IMG/VR virus record: IMGVR_UViG_3300046170_000173
Source: a virus
DNA: 64,000 nucleotides
Reading direction: 5' to 3' (one strand)
A program made the position numbers and the translations under genes. Shown here one piece after another: positions 19,001 through 29,486 of the stretch (position 1 is its first letter; each line of letters starts with the position of its first letter). The notes beneath the pieces were generated by a model. The model ran no database searches. It was not told the DNA's origin and was given only the letters and a program-made list of their open reading frames with translations.

Positions 19001-22000
19001 ATGGCATTTAGGCAGATTAAATCCCCAGCACTAGCGGACAAGGCGGTAATCGATACCAAACTTGACGAAAGCGCGGTACAGGGACAATCAACCCTTACAG
19101 GTATGACCGATCCATCAACGTGTTTCACACTGTTGTATGATGTAGGTTCAGACTCTCTAAAGAAGATCGGTGCTGATGCATTCTTCGCATCATTCTCGAC
19201 CGACGATCTAACAGAAGGTTCAAATCTATACTACACCTCAGCTCGTGCAAACGCAGATGTCGCACAACAAATCGATGACGACGTTCTAGTCGAAAAGAAT
19301 CGTGCGATTGGTGAAGAAGGTCGTATCGAATCAGAATCTAAGACACGTGACAATAAGCTAGAAGGTCAAGATTCTGCATTAAGCAACCGTATTACAAACG
19401 AAGTAACTCGTGCAGGCAACGAAGAAACTCGCATCGAAGACGAATCTAAGCAACGCGATAGCGCACTTGGTATTCGTATCGACAACGTCCTAAACAACAC
19501 GGACGAAGTTGCTCTTAACTCTCTTGCAGAAATCGTTACTGCGTTCCAGAACGCAGACAGCGCACTTTCTGGTTCTATCATCCAGAACGCTGCTGACATC
19601 GTTACTGAGCGCGGCCGTGCAGTTGCTCGTGAAAATCAGATTGAGACAGAATACCGTCTTGCAGACAGCGCACTAAGCGATCGCATTATCGAACGCAAGA
19701 GCGCAACTGACAGTGACTTTATTCACTTCACTCTTGCTGACGCAGGCCTACAAGGTCAAATCAGCACCAACGATACTGACATCGCGACATTGTTCGCACA
19801 AGACTCTGCTGAAACTCAACGCGCAGGAGACGAAGAAAGTCGTATCGAAGATAAGATCGATGTTGAAGTCGCACGTTCAACAGCAGTTGACTCAGCACAC
19901 AGTGCTCAGATCACCGCTGCTAACCTTGCGCGTGTTACTGACGATAACGTTGTTCGTTCAGAATTTGCTGCTGCTGACCAAGTAATCAAAGGTCAAGTTG
20001 AAGCACGTGACGACGCATTAATTGGCGATCTAACTGTTGATGGTACTTCAGGTAACACTGTAACTGACCGTATCGCAACTGCGAAACAAGAAGCAATCAA
20101 TGCAAGCAACGATGTTGTGGCATTCGAAAATGACGCACGTATTGCTGCTGATAGTGATCTACAAGAACAGATTACGGCAGAAGTTACTCGTGCAACTGCT
20201 ACAGAAGACGCACTAAGCGATCGTATCGACTCAGACTACACTGCTAACTGGGCAGACCATGCTGCAATCCGTTCTGAGTTTGCTGCTGGTGATTCGCACC
20301 TACAAGATCAAATTAACTTCATCACATCCAACACAGACTCTGCGGCACTAGATTCTCTAACAGAGATCGTAGCAGAAGTTGCTCGTGTAGATGGAACGGT
20401 TAATGCATTGATCCAGACTAACGTCGGTGACATCGTAGCAGAACGTGACGCACGTATCGCTGCTGACAGTGCACTAGGTATTCGCATTGACATCGAAACG
20501 TCCACACGTCGTGCAGGTGACTCTGCGGCGAATAAGCGTATCGACGATGCAATCCTAGATTACGTCGCTCGCGATTCAGATGTTCTATCATCTGCAAAAG
20601 CATACACAGATCAAGAAGCAGACACGCACCAAGCTGCGAGTGAAGAGTACACACGTCAGTATGTAACTCCACGCATCGGTGACGCAACTGTTGACGGAAC
20701 TGCTGGTAACTCAATCACAAATCGTATCACTACTGCTAAGTCAGAAGCGATAACATTTGCTCTAGGCCTAGATTCAGACGAACGCGCTCGCGCAACAACT
20801 GCTGAAGGTCTACTAAGTGGTCGCGTTGGTCACGTAGAAGGTCTACTAGACTCAGAGACGTTTGTAACTGTTGCTCAAACAGTTGTCCCAGCGATCAACG
20901 AACTACACGGTGATGCAGTATCATACGATCTACAATCTAAGGATCGCGACAGCGCTCTTGGTTCTCGTATTGACCTACTAGAGAACGGCACTTCAATCGA
21001 CGTTGATGCACTAAACACTCGCATCGGTATCGAAGAAGGCGTTCGTGACCGTGCAGACTCAGATCTACTTGCACGACTAGTCGTAGAAGAGAACCGCTCT
21101 AAGTTAGAAGATCAACAGCACGATTCTGACATCAGCGCACTAGGTCTTACTACTTCAGGTATCCGTGGTGATCTAACGATCGAAACTACAAATCGTATCA
21201 ACGAAGATACCACTCTACGTAACCGTATTGCTGCTGACAGTGATCGCCTAACACTTCTTGATTCAGAAGCTCATGTCCGTATGGATGTAATCTTCGATAC
21301 AAGCGAGTCGAAGGATTCAGATCTACTAGCACGTCTAATCGTAGAAGAAGATCGCTCGAAGGCGAAGGATTCTTCACACGATTCTGACATTTCAGTACTA
21401 TACTCCCAAGTTGGTACAGATGTCCAAGATCTACAAGATCAGATCGACGTAGAAGAAGCTGCTCGTATCGCAGGTGATTCTGCCCTACAGGCACAGATCA
21501 CTTCTAACGACGGTGACATCACTGCACTGCAAGTGAAGGACTCTGACCTACAGGCGCAGATCTCTTCAAACGACGCAGACATCTTCAACCTACAAGCGAA
21601 GGATTCTAACCAGCACGCTACTGCAATGCAGGCGATCGCTGATGAAGAGACTCGTGCAACAGGTATTGAAAATGGTCTACGTTCGGATGTCGACAGTGCT
21701 CACGCACGTATCGATCACATCCTAGACGGTTCTTCAACTGACCTAGATCAGATGCTAGAAATCGTCGAGGCGTTCCGTGACGCAGACTCAGACCTAGATG
21801 GTGTTATCACTAACAACACTGGTCGCATTACTACGCTAGAAGATCGCGCAGACGAAACTGACTCCGAGCAAGGTGTTCAGGATGGTCGACTAACTTCACT
21901 AGAAACACGCATGACTGCGAACGAAGCAGTAGACTCCGGTCAGAGTGTAACTATCGGAGATCACGAGAGTCGCATCACTGCGAACGAAACTCGTATCGGT

Positions 22001-24511
22001 GATAAGGCACTTGTGCTGAAGACTACTTCACAGTCACTATCTGGAGCAATCAACGATCTATATGACGACATTTCAGCAGAAGGTACTTCTCTTGTTGGTC
22101 TAACCGATCGTGTTGAAGACCTAGAAGATCGCGCAGACGAAACTGACACCGAACAAGGTGTTCAGGACGCACGACTAGACTCTGCGGAAGGTCGACTAAC
22201 TGTAAACGAAGGTGATATCGATGGCCTAGAAACATTCATGGGCACAGGTTTACTTGATACATCAGCTCAGGCAGTACGTCCAGCAATCAACGAGTTACAC
22301 ACTCAGGTAGACAACAACACTTCACGCGTTGGTGTCGTAGAGACTCGTGCAAACGAAACTGATATTGAACAGACTGCACAGGATCTGCGTTTAGATTCGC
22401 TAGAATCAGATCGCGCATTCAACATTATCAAAGATACACAACAAGACACACGTCTTGATGGTCTTGAAAACCGTGTCGATATGGACACAGTCTTCCAGAC
22501 AAGTGCAAACAAAGTTGTTCCAGCAATCAACGAACTGAAAGGTCGTTTGGATGTTTCGGACCAGTTCGCACAAGCTGAGAAGGTACGTCAAGATCAAGAT
22601 TCTGATCGTCTAACGACAGAAATTTCTACTCGTGCGCAAGAAGATTCTGCATTAAATGCATCAATCAACGCGCGTATCGATTCGTCAGAAAACAGAATCG
22701 CTGGTGACATCGCAGTATCTCTTGCAGAAGCGAAGGCATACACTCGTGACTACGCGGACGATGCTGAATCAGATGCACGTGCATACGCACTTGCTCTAGT
22801 TTCGCAGGAGAACGAAGCACGTATTCTAAACCAGAACTCTCAGCGTCAGTTAATCGATGGTAATCACGATATTGGCACTCAGAGAGATAACGCACAAGAC
22901 CTACTAATCTCAGGTCTACAGACAGAACTTGACGCAACTCAAGTTGGTGCTGGTCTAGGTGCAGATGGCGAATACCTAACTCCAGACTCTGGTGCAACCA
23001 CATATCTTGGTGCAACTACTTCACTAATGCAAGCGATCGTTACTCTTGATACTAACCTATCAACAGTAGCTGGTGTAAACAACAACGGTCGTAACAGTCT
23101 GCAACAGCAGATCACTAACGAAATCGCTGCTCGTGAGAACGGTGACTCAGATCTACTAGCACGACTAATTGCTGAAGAAGATTACACTAAGGCACAAGAC
23201 TCTGCTATCAACGGTCGTATCGATAACACTAACTCTGCTCTAGCGCAAGAAGTTATTGATCGTGTCGCAGGCGATTCTGCCCTACAAGCACAAATTGACT
23301 TTATCGTTTCTAACACAGACTCTGCTGCATTCGATTCTCTAACAGAGATCGTTGCTGAGTTCCAACGTGTAGACGGTGGTCTAACTGATCTAATCTCAGA
23401 CAACGCTTCTGAGATCGTTCGTGTAGAAGCTGAATCTAAGTCACGCGATTCTGACGAAGAAGCTGCTCGCATCGGCGGTGACGCGAATCTACAAACTCAA
23501 GTAGATGGACGTGTCGAGAAGGCAGGTGATACAATGTCTGGTGATCTAGACATGACAGGTAACATTGTTACAGGTCTTGCTCTACCAGTCGCACCGTCAG
23601 ACGCAACAAGCAAAGCATACACAGACGCACGTCTACTTGAACAGCACATTTCGCAGTTCACAACAGACAGTCTAACTGAAGGTACACGTCTATACTTCAC
23701 AGAGGCACGTGCTCGCGCGGCAGTCTCAGTGTTTGATGTAGATGGTGAAGGCGATGTTTCTTACGACGCTAACACTGGTGTAATTTCAATCGCAACAGGT
23801 AAATCATTCCTAGAACTAGAAGATGTTGTAGAAACATCATTCTCTGGACATGAAGGATTTGTCTCACGCGTTAAGACTGACGGCACAGGTATCGAATTTG
23901 TTCCGCCAACACAATTAGCATTCAACGACGCTAAGCGACAGACAATCAACGGTGATGGAATGGCGAGTACTTACTCTCTAGATTTCTACACTGCACAGAT
24001 TAACGCGCTAGTATTTGTCGGTGGTGTTATTCAGGATCCAGGCGTTCACTACACAATCAACTCAGGAACGCAAGAAATTACGTTCACGTCTGCGGTACCA
24101 CTAGGTACACAGGCAGTAGTAATCGCACAGTCAACTAACTCAGTTGGTGTCCTAGATCCTAAGTCTGTTGGTATTGAAACTCTTGCAGATAACCTAAAAG
24201 CATTCGAACATGGTTTAGACGTAGTTGCTGGTTCTTCACCAACAGTCGTCTCATCATTTGATCCAACAGTATACCGTTCTGCGAAGTACGTAGTTACTGT
24301 AGAGCAAGATGGTGAGTTTGAAACCCGAGAGTGTATGGTTGTCCATGATGGAACAAGTGCTTACATTACCGAGTACGGTATTGTTTACACAGGTTCGTCT
24401 CTACTAGGTGACACAGATATACGCTTCATCAACAGCAATGTTGAATTGATGTATACTGCTGAGTCTGGTAACGCAGTTGTTTCAGTTGCGGTAACTTACG
24501 TTAACGTATAA
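19001..24511 (+). CDS. 1836-aa segmented coiled-coil fibre protein
   Basis: Long Ala/Asp/Arg heptad stretches; repeated ALDSLTEIV and VVPAINEL; TDDLTEGSNLYYT..RA motifs; C-terminal YRSAKYVV...EYG domain; strong RBS. Confidence 0.75.
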   Translation: MAFRQIKSPALADKAVIDTKLDESAVQGQSTLTGMTDPSTCFTLLYDVGSDSLKKIGADAFFASFSTDDLTEGSNLYYTSARANADVAQQIDDDVLVEKNRAIGEEGRIESESKTRDNKLEGQDSALSNRITNEVTRAGNEETRIEDESKQRDSALGIRIDNVLNNTDEVALNSLAEIVTAFQNADSALSGSIIQNAADIVTERGRAVARENQIETEYRLADSALSDRIIERKSATDSDFIHFTLADAGLQGQISTNDTDIATLFAQDSAETQRAGDEESRIEDKIDVEVARSTAVDSAHSAQITAANLARVTDDNVVRSEFAAADQVIKGQVEARDDALIGDLTVDGTSGNTVTDRIATAKQEAINASNDVVAFENDARIAADSDLQEQITAEVTRATATEDALSDRIDSDYTANWADHAAIRSEFAAGDSHLQDQINFITSNTDSAALDSLTEIVAEVARVDGTVNALIQTNVGDIVAERDARIAADSALGIRIDIETSTRRAGDSAANKRIDDAILDYVARDSDVLSSAKAYTDQEADTHQAASEEYTRQYVTPRIGDATVDGTAGNSITNRITTAKSEAITFALGLDSDERARATTAEGLLSGRVGHVEGLLDSETFVTVAQTVVPAINELHGDAVSYDLQSKDRDSALGSRIDLLENGTSIDVDALNTRIGIEEGVRDRADSDLLARLVVEENRSKLEDQQHDSDISALGLTTSGIRGDLTIETTNRINEDTTLRNRIAADSDRLTLLDSEAHVRMDVIFDTSESKDSDLLARLIVEEDRSKAKDSSHDSDISVLYSQVGTDVQDLQDQIDVEEAARIAGDSALQAQITSNDGDITALQVKDSDLQAQISSNDADIFNLQAKDSNQHATAMQAIADEETRATGIENGLRSDVDSAHARIDHILDGSSTDLDQMLEIVEAFRDADSDLDGVITNNTGRITTLEDRADETDSEQGVQDGRLTSLETRMTANEAVDSGQSVTIGDHESRITANETRIGDKALVLKTTSQSLSGAINDLYDDISAEGTSLVGLTDRVEDLEDRADETDTEQGVQDARLDSAEGRLTVNEGDIDGLETFMGTGLLDTSAQAVRPAINELHTQVDNNTSRVGVVETRANETDIEQTAQDLRLDSLESDRAFNIIKDTQQDTRLDGLENRVDMDTVFQTSANKVVPAINELKGRLDVSDQFAQAEKVRQDQDSDRLTTEISTRAQEDSALNASINARIDSSENRIAGDIAVSLAEAKAYTRDYADDAESDARAYALALVSQENEARILNQNSQRQLIDGNHDIGTQRDNAQDLLISGLQTELDATQVGAGLGADGEYLTPDSGATTYLGATTSLMQAIVTLDTNLSTVAGVNNNGRNSLQQQITNEIAARENGDSDLLARLIAEEDYTKAQDSAINGRIDNTNSALAQEVIDRVAGDSALQAQIDFIVSNTDSAAFDSLTEIVAEFQRVDGGLTDLISDNASEIVRVEAESKSRDSDEEAARIGGDANLQTQVDGRVEKAGDTMSGDLDMTGNIVTGLALPVAPSDATSKAYTDARLLEQHISQFTTDSLTEGTRLYFTEARARAAVSVFDVDGEGDVSYDANTGVISIATGKSFLELEDVVETSFSGHEGFVSRVKTDGTGIEFVPPTQLAFNDAKRQTINGDGMASTYSLDFYTAQINALVFVGGVIQDPGVHYTINSGTQEITFTSAVPLGTQAVVIAQSTNSVGVLDPKSVGIETLADNLKAFEHGLDVVAGSSPTVVSSFDPTVYRSAKYVVTVEQDGEFETRECMVVHDGTSAYITEYGIVYTGSSLLGDTDIRFINSNVELMYTAESGNAVVSVAVTYVNV

Positions 24512-24530
24512 TCGAGACTTACATAATAGT

Positions 24531-24554
24531 CGGGGGGAGAATCAGTCTCCCCCC
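24531..24554 (+). terminator. Intergenic hairpin
   Basis: GGGGGAGA-atcag-TCTCCCCC; weak T-tail. Confidence 0.45.
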
Positions 24555-24587
24555 TAATCAACCAAAATTCTAAAAGGTAAACAAAAA

Positions 24588-27500
24588 ATGTCTACAAATA
24601 AAAAATTTAGAATACAGAACGGCGTTGACGTAGCAGATGGTGGAATTTCGATCAACGACGTAACTGTAATCGGTGCGGACGGTAAGGTTGTTCCTGCCGC
24701 GATCGCCGATGCTGTTGCAGGTCTGACTTCTTCTGACATCGCAGATCTACAGGCGCAGGTAAGTGCTATTCTGGGAACTTCTCCAGAAACACTTGACACG
24801 CTACAAGAAATCGTTGCTGCATTCGAAGGTGCGGATAGCACTCTAACAGGTTCTGTTGCTCAGAACGCATCTGACATCGTAACAATCAACAATACTTTAA
24901 CAAACGGTGTTGCGACACCAGCTGACATTGCTACATTAACTGCGTCAGTTACCGCTGAAGAAACTCGTGCAACTGCGGCTGAATCCGCAAACGCTGCGGC
25001 AATTGCTGCTGCAAACGCACGTACATCTGGTATCAGCACTTCTTCAGGTTCAACTGATATTCAGATGACTGCTGAAGTTGACATGGATAGTAACAAAGTT
25101 ACTAACATGGCAGATCCAACTGCGGCACAAGATGCGGCAACTATGGCATATGTTGACGCTGGCGATTCTGCTTCAGTATCAACCGCAGCTGCTGACGCAA
25201 CTTCTAAAGCAGATGCGGCAGAAGCAAGTGCTAAAGCATATGCTGATCAAGTCGTTGCGGCGACTGTAGATGCTGCACCAGCGGCATTGGATACTCTTAA
25301 CGAGTTGGCAGCTGCACTTGGTGACGACGCAAACTTTGCATCAACTGTTACTGCTTCAATTGCTACAAAGGCAGACGATGCCGCAACTACTGCTGCTCTT
25401 GATCTGAAAGAAGACAAGACTGTTGTTGCTGATCTAGGAACTTTTATTAAAGGCGGTGATGAGGGTTTTGCTGAGATCCTTAACACGGGACTAACTGTCA
25501 CTTCATCTGGCAGCGGGTTCAACTACTTCCCAGATCATACAGGTTTGGAAACTGGTGTTCAGTATCGTTTAGCTGCAGATATAGTTCCAGAGAGTGGTCA
25601 CACCAATACAGGAAATGCCAATTTGACCATAAAGGTCAATGGATCAACAGTGGCCACTGTATCGGAAGGACCAGATGGTGGTTCAGGATGGGATCTTTTC
25701 ACACTATCATCTCCTGCAACTTCTATGGAACTAATTTTCCACAAGTCGAACGCCGATAAGTGGAGAGCGCCATCCATCACAATCGTAACTGAAGGTCTTT
25801 CAGGTGAAGAAACTTTAGACACAACTGCAACTCAGGTTGTTCCAGCGATCAACGAAGTACACTCAGAACTAGACGCATTGGCTGCAACTCAGTCTGGAGA
25901 TACTTCATCTCTAACTACTGCAATCGCTACTGCTAAGTCAGAAGCAATCTCAACTGCTGCTACAGATGCAACTACTAAGGCAGATGCGGCAGAAGCAAGT
26001 GCTAAGGCACACGCTGATGCGGGTGACGCAAGTCTACAGGGTCAGATTGACATCATCGTAGGTTCTTCTCCAGCATCACTAGACACCCTACAAGAGATCG
26101 TCTCTGCATTTGAAAATGCGGATAGCACTCTAACTGGGGCAGTTGCTCAGAACTCTACTGACATCGTTGCTGAAGCTTCTCGTGCAACTACTGCGGAATC
26201 TGGTCTACAGGCACAGATTACTTCTAATGACGTTGACATCGCTTCTCTACAGTCTCTTGTTGCTGATCTAGATAGTGATAAGACTTCTGACATGACAGCA
26301 GAAACTGCGGCACGTATCGCAGGTGACGTTGCTAACTCAGCAGAAGTTGCGACTGAGAAGTCACGTGCGGAAGGTGCTGAGGCAAGTCTTGCTAACGACA
26401 TCAACGTCGAGACTGCACGTGCGGTTGCGGTAGAAGGTTCTCTACAGTCACAGATCGACGCAGAGCAGTCTTCTCGTATCGGTGGTGATCAGTTACTACA
26501 GAACGCAATCGACGCAGAAGAAGTTGCACGTATCGCTGCTGACGCGGTTCTACAGGCAAACATCGATGCAGAAGCAAGTGCTCGTGCTGGTGCAGACAAC
26601 ACTCTACAGTCTAACATCGACACAGTATCTTCGGCAGTATCTGCAATCACCAACGGTTCACCAGAAACACTGAACCAGTTGACAGAACTAGTTGCTGCAT
26701 ACGAAGGTGCTGATGCAAGTCTACAAACTCTGATCGATAACCTAGGTGGTGACGCATCTGCCCTAACAGGTCGTGTATCAACCCTAGAATCAGAGATGGA
26801 TGCGACTGAAACTGCGACTTCATCTAACGCATCTGCGATCACTGCGGAACAGGTTGCTCGTTCAGCTGCAGACGATGATCTACAAGACGCAATAGATGCA
26901 GAGGCAAGTGCTCGTGCAGCTGCGGTAAGTGCTGAAACAACTGCTCGTCAGAACGCGATCACTGCTGAGGCTAACGCTCGCATCCTTGCGGACAACGGTT
27001 TACAGTCACAGATCGATGCACTAGACAACTCAACAACTGGTGACAAGTCTGACCTACAAGCACAGATCACGTCTAACGACAACGACATCGCTGCTCTACA
27101 GAGTCGTGCTGGAACGATCGAAGCTGATTACGCAACACAGGCTTCACTGAACACAGAGATCTCTCGTGCAAGTTCAGCAGAGGCAGTTAACGCTGCGGCA
27201 ATCTCCGACGAACAGACTCGTGCGACTGCGGCAGAGCAATCAAACGCTGCTGCGATCACACAAGAAATTCTTGATCGTCAGTCTGCCGATGCGGTGCTAC
27301 AAAGTCAGATCGACTTCATTGAAGAGAACACTGACCCAGCAGCACTAGACTCTCTAACAGAGATAGTTTCTGCATTCCAATCAGCGGATAGTTCTACATT
27401 AGGTGTTGTCAACTCTAACACTGGTCGCATCTCTGCACTAGAATCTGGTGTAGTTGCAATCGAAGCATGGGACACTGATAACGTATCAGAAGGTTCAGTC

Positions 27501-27722
27501 AACCTATACTTCACCGAATCACGTGCGAAGGCATGTGTCGGTGCGGACAACGGTTCATGCATAGATTACAATGAGACTTCTGGTAAGTTCTCACTAGATC
27601 TATCAGAAACTGCCGGTGCTCTAGTACCAGACAACTCAACTAACTCGGACAAACTAGACGGACAACACGGTTCACACTACCGTATCGATGTCTACGATGT
27701 CAACGGTACTGTTGTCAACTAA
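24588..27722 (+). CDS. 1044-aa coiled-coil fibre protein (fibritin/wac locus position)
   Basis: Ala-rich heptads; LDTLQEIV/LDTLNELAAALGDD motifs; DPTAAQDAAT; ends DKLDGQHGSHYRI; lies immediately before gp13. Confidence 0.7.
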   Translation: MSTNKKFRIQNGVDVADGGISINDVTVIGADGKVVPAAIADAVAGLTSSDIADLQAQVSAILGTSPETLDTLQEIVAAFEGADSTLTGSVAQNASDIVTINNTLTNGVATPADIATLTASVTAEETRATAAESANAAAIAAANARTSGISTSSGSTDIQMTAEVDMDSNKVTNMADPTAAQDAATMAYVDAGDSASVSTAAADATSKADAAEASAKAYADQVVAATVDAAPAALDTLNELAAALGDDANFASTVTASIATKADDAATTAALDLKEDKTVVADLGTFIKGGDEGFAEILNTGLTVTSSGSGFNYFPDHTGLETGVQYRLAADIVPESGHTNTGNANLTIKVNGSTVATVSEGPDGGSGWDLFTLSSPATSMELIFHKSNADKWRAPSITIVTEGLSGEETLDTTATQVVPAINEVHSELDALAATQSGDTSSLTTAIATAKSEAISTAATDATTKADAAEASAKAHADAGDASLQGQIDIIVGSSPASLDTLQEIVSAFENADSTLTGAVAQNSTDIVAEASRATTAESGLQAQITSNDVDIASLQSLVADLDSDKTSDMTAETAARIAGDVANSAEVATEKSRAEGAEASLANDINVETARAVAVEGSLQSQIDAEQSSRIGGDQLLQNAIDAEEVARIAADAVLQANIDAEASARAGADNTLQSNIDTVSSAVSAITNGSPETLNQLTELVAAYEGADASLQTLIDNLGGDASALTGRVSTLESEMDATETATSSNASAITAEQVARSAADDDLQDAIDAEASARAAAVSAETTARQNAITAEANARILADNGLQSQIDALDNSTTGDKSDLQAQITSNDNDIAALQSRAGTIEADYATQASLNTEISRASSAEAVNAAAISDEQTRATAAEQSNAAAITQEILDRQSADAVLQSQIDFIEENTDPAALDSLTEIVSAFQSADSSTLGVVNSNTGRISALESGVVAIEAWDTDNVSEGSVNLYFTESRAKACVGADNGSCIDYNETSGKFSLDLSETAGALVPDNSTNSDKLDGQHGSHYRIDVYDVNGTVVN

Positions 27723-27748
27723 TCCAAGTTCTTAGAACTTCGATGAAA

Positions 27749-27776
27749 GAGGGAGTCTTCGGACTCCCTTTTTTTA
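27749..27776 (+). terminator. Rho-independent terminator (CUUCGG loop)
   Basis: GGGAGTC-TTCG-GACTCCC-TTTTTT. Confidence 0.85.
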
Positions 27777-27780
27777 TGTC

Positions 27781-27802
27781 TATAAATAAAATCGTATAAA
27801 TA
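27781..27802 (+). promoter_or_regulatory. Two tandem T4-type late promoters
   Basis: TATAAATA at 27781 and 27795. Confidence 0.75.
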
Positions 27803-27833
27803 GAGAGACACACGTAACTTCGAGACACATTAG

Positions 27834-28601
27834 ATGTACGCTACTGACAGAGAAGAACTAATCGAGTATTGCCTACGTGCACTGGGACATCCAGTTGTTG
27901 AGATCAATATCGATGACGAACAATTAGATGATCGTGTTGATGAGGCACTTCAATGGTTCCGTGAGAACCACCCAGACGGGTCGAAGAGATATTATCTCAA
28001 ACACCAACTAACACAACAGGATGTCGACACACAGACCGTAGATCTACCGGACGACCTTGATTTGACTGCGGTGGTACGTATGTTACCAGTCTCCCTGTCG
28101 AACTCTCAGGGGTGGTTTAGTGACGCTTGGCAGTATCTACAGTATACCATATCAGACTTCACTCGTGCAAACGGTGTGTTGGGTGATCTGGCGTATTATG
28201 AAGGTATGCAACAACAGTTATCGCTACTCGACATGAAGTTGATGGGTCAACCACAGATGACCTTTGATCGACAGTACAATCGTGTGAACCTACTTGTTTC
28301 TAAAACGAAACTAACAGCGGGAGACTTCGTCGTGTTTGAAGTCTATGGTATTCGCAGTCCGGACGATACGATATCCGAATACAACAATCTATGGAACCAC
28401 CGCTTCCTGAAAGAATACACAACCGCATTGATTAAACGTCAATGGGGTATCAACCTAATCAAGTTTGACGGTATGTCATTACCTGGCGGGGTTACTATCA
28501 ATGGTCGTCAAATCTATGATGACGCAATCGCAGACATCGACAAGATCATGGAGAAGTTCCGATTGGAAGAGGACGAAGGTCCAATGTTCTTTATGGGGTA
28601 A
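27834..28601 (+). CDS. gp13: Neck protein gp13
   Basis: YCLRALGHPVVEINID...KRQWG.NLIKF.G..LPGGVTING; T4 synteny. Confidence 0.9.
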   Translation: MYATDREELIEYCLRALGHPVVEINIDDEQLDDRVDEALQWFRENHPDGSKRYYLKHQLTQQDVDTQTVDLPDDLDLTAVVRMLPVSLSNSQGWFSDAWQYLQYTISDFTRANGVLGDLAYYEGMQQQLSLLDMKLMGQPQMTFDRQYNRVNLLVSKTKLTAGDFVVFEVYGIRSPDDTISEYNNLWNHRFLKEYTTALIKRQWGINLIKFDGMSLPGGVTINGRQIYDDAIADIDKIMEKFRLEEDEGPMFFMG

Positions 28602-28604
28602 ACC

Positions 28605-29486
28605 ATGGCGACTAATCCATACATAAGTCAAAAAAACCGATCCGAACAGGGTTTGTATGAGGACTTGATCATCGAGTCTATCAAATTCTATGGACAGGAT
28701 ATTTATTACCTACCACGAGAGATCGTAGAGAAGGAAGACATCTTCCTAGACAGCATTCAGTCTCAGTTCGGTGACGCATACAAGGTCGAGGTCTACATCG
28801 AGAACGCAGAAGGGTTCGATGGAGAGGGAGACATCTTTACCAAGTTCGGTATTGAGATTCGTGACCAAGCCACCTTCGTCATCGCGCGTCGTCGATGGAG
28901 AGAACTGGTCGGTGACCGTCTTGCGGATGCGCAGTTCCGACCACGCGAAGGTGATGTGATCTACTTGCCTATGTCCGAGTCACTGTTCCAAGTGATGAAG
29001 GTGGAGACAGAAACTCCGTTCTACCAGTTGTCGCAACTACCTACGTTCCGTATGCAGTGCGAGTTATTCGAGTTCTCAGACGAAGACTTTGACACTGGTA
29101 TCTCAGACATTGATAATGTAGAGGTCGAGGGTGCATTCCAGTACGAACTACAGATGCCACCTTTTGTTGATGGTGATGAAACTTATTATCTTGTAGGAGA
29201 GGATGTACAACAGTTATTCGACGACTACATACTGAATGGTGAAGTCACTTCTTGGAACCCCGACACTCGTATGTTAAAGATAGCACACACAGGCGCAACC
29301 GATGGTATGTATCACGAGTGGGCGACAGATCGTCCAGTCGTTGGACCGAATGCGTCTATGACTCCAGTCTCACAAGACGAAGGTGTCAATGAGATACAGG
29401 TCGATGCGCAGAATAAAGTATTCAATGATTGGGAAGAAGATTTCCTTGACTTCAGTGAGTCGAATCCGTTTGGAGATATAATCTAA
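28605..29486 (+). CDS. gp14: Neck protein gp14
   Basis: ESIKFYGQDIYYLPR, FTKFGIEIRD, RPREGD, DFSESNPFG. Confidence 0.9.
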   Translation: MATNPYISQKNRSEQGLYEDLIIESIKFYGQDIYYLPREIVEKEDIFLDSIQSQFGDAYKVEVYIENAEGFDGEGDIFTKFGIEIRDQATFVIARRRWRELVGDRLADAQFRPREGDVIYLPMSESLFQVMKVETETPFYQLSQLPTFRMQCELFEFSDEDFDTGISDIDNVEVEGAFQYELQMPPFVDGDETYYLVGEDVQQLFDDYILNGEVTSWNPDTRMLKIAHTGATDGMYHEWATDRPVVGPNASMTPVSQDEGVNEIQVDAQNKVFNDWEEDFLDFSESNPFGDII

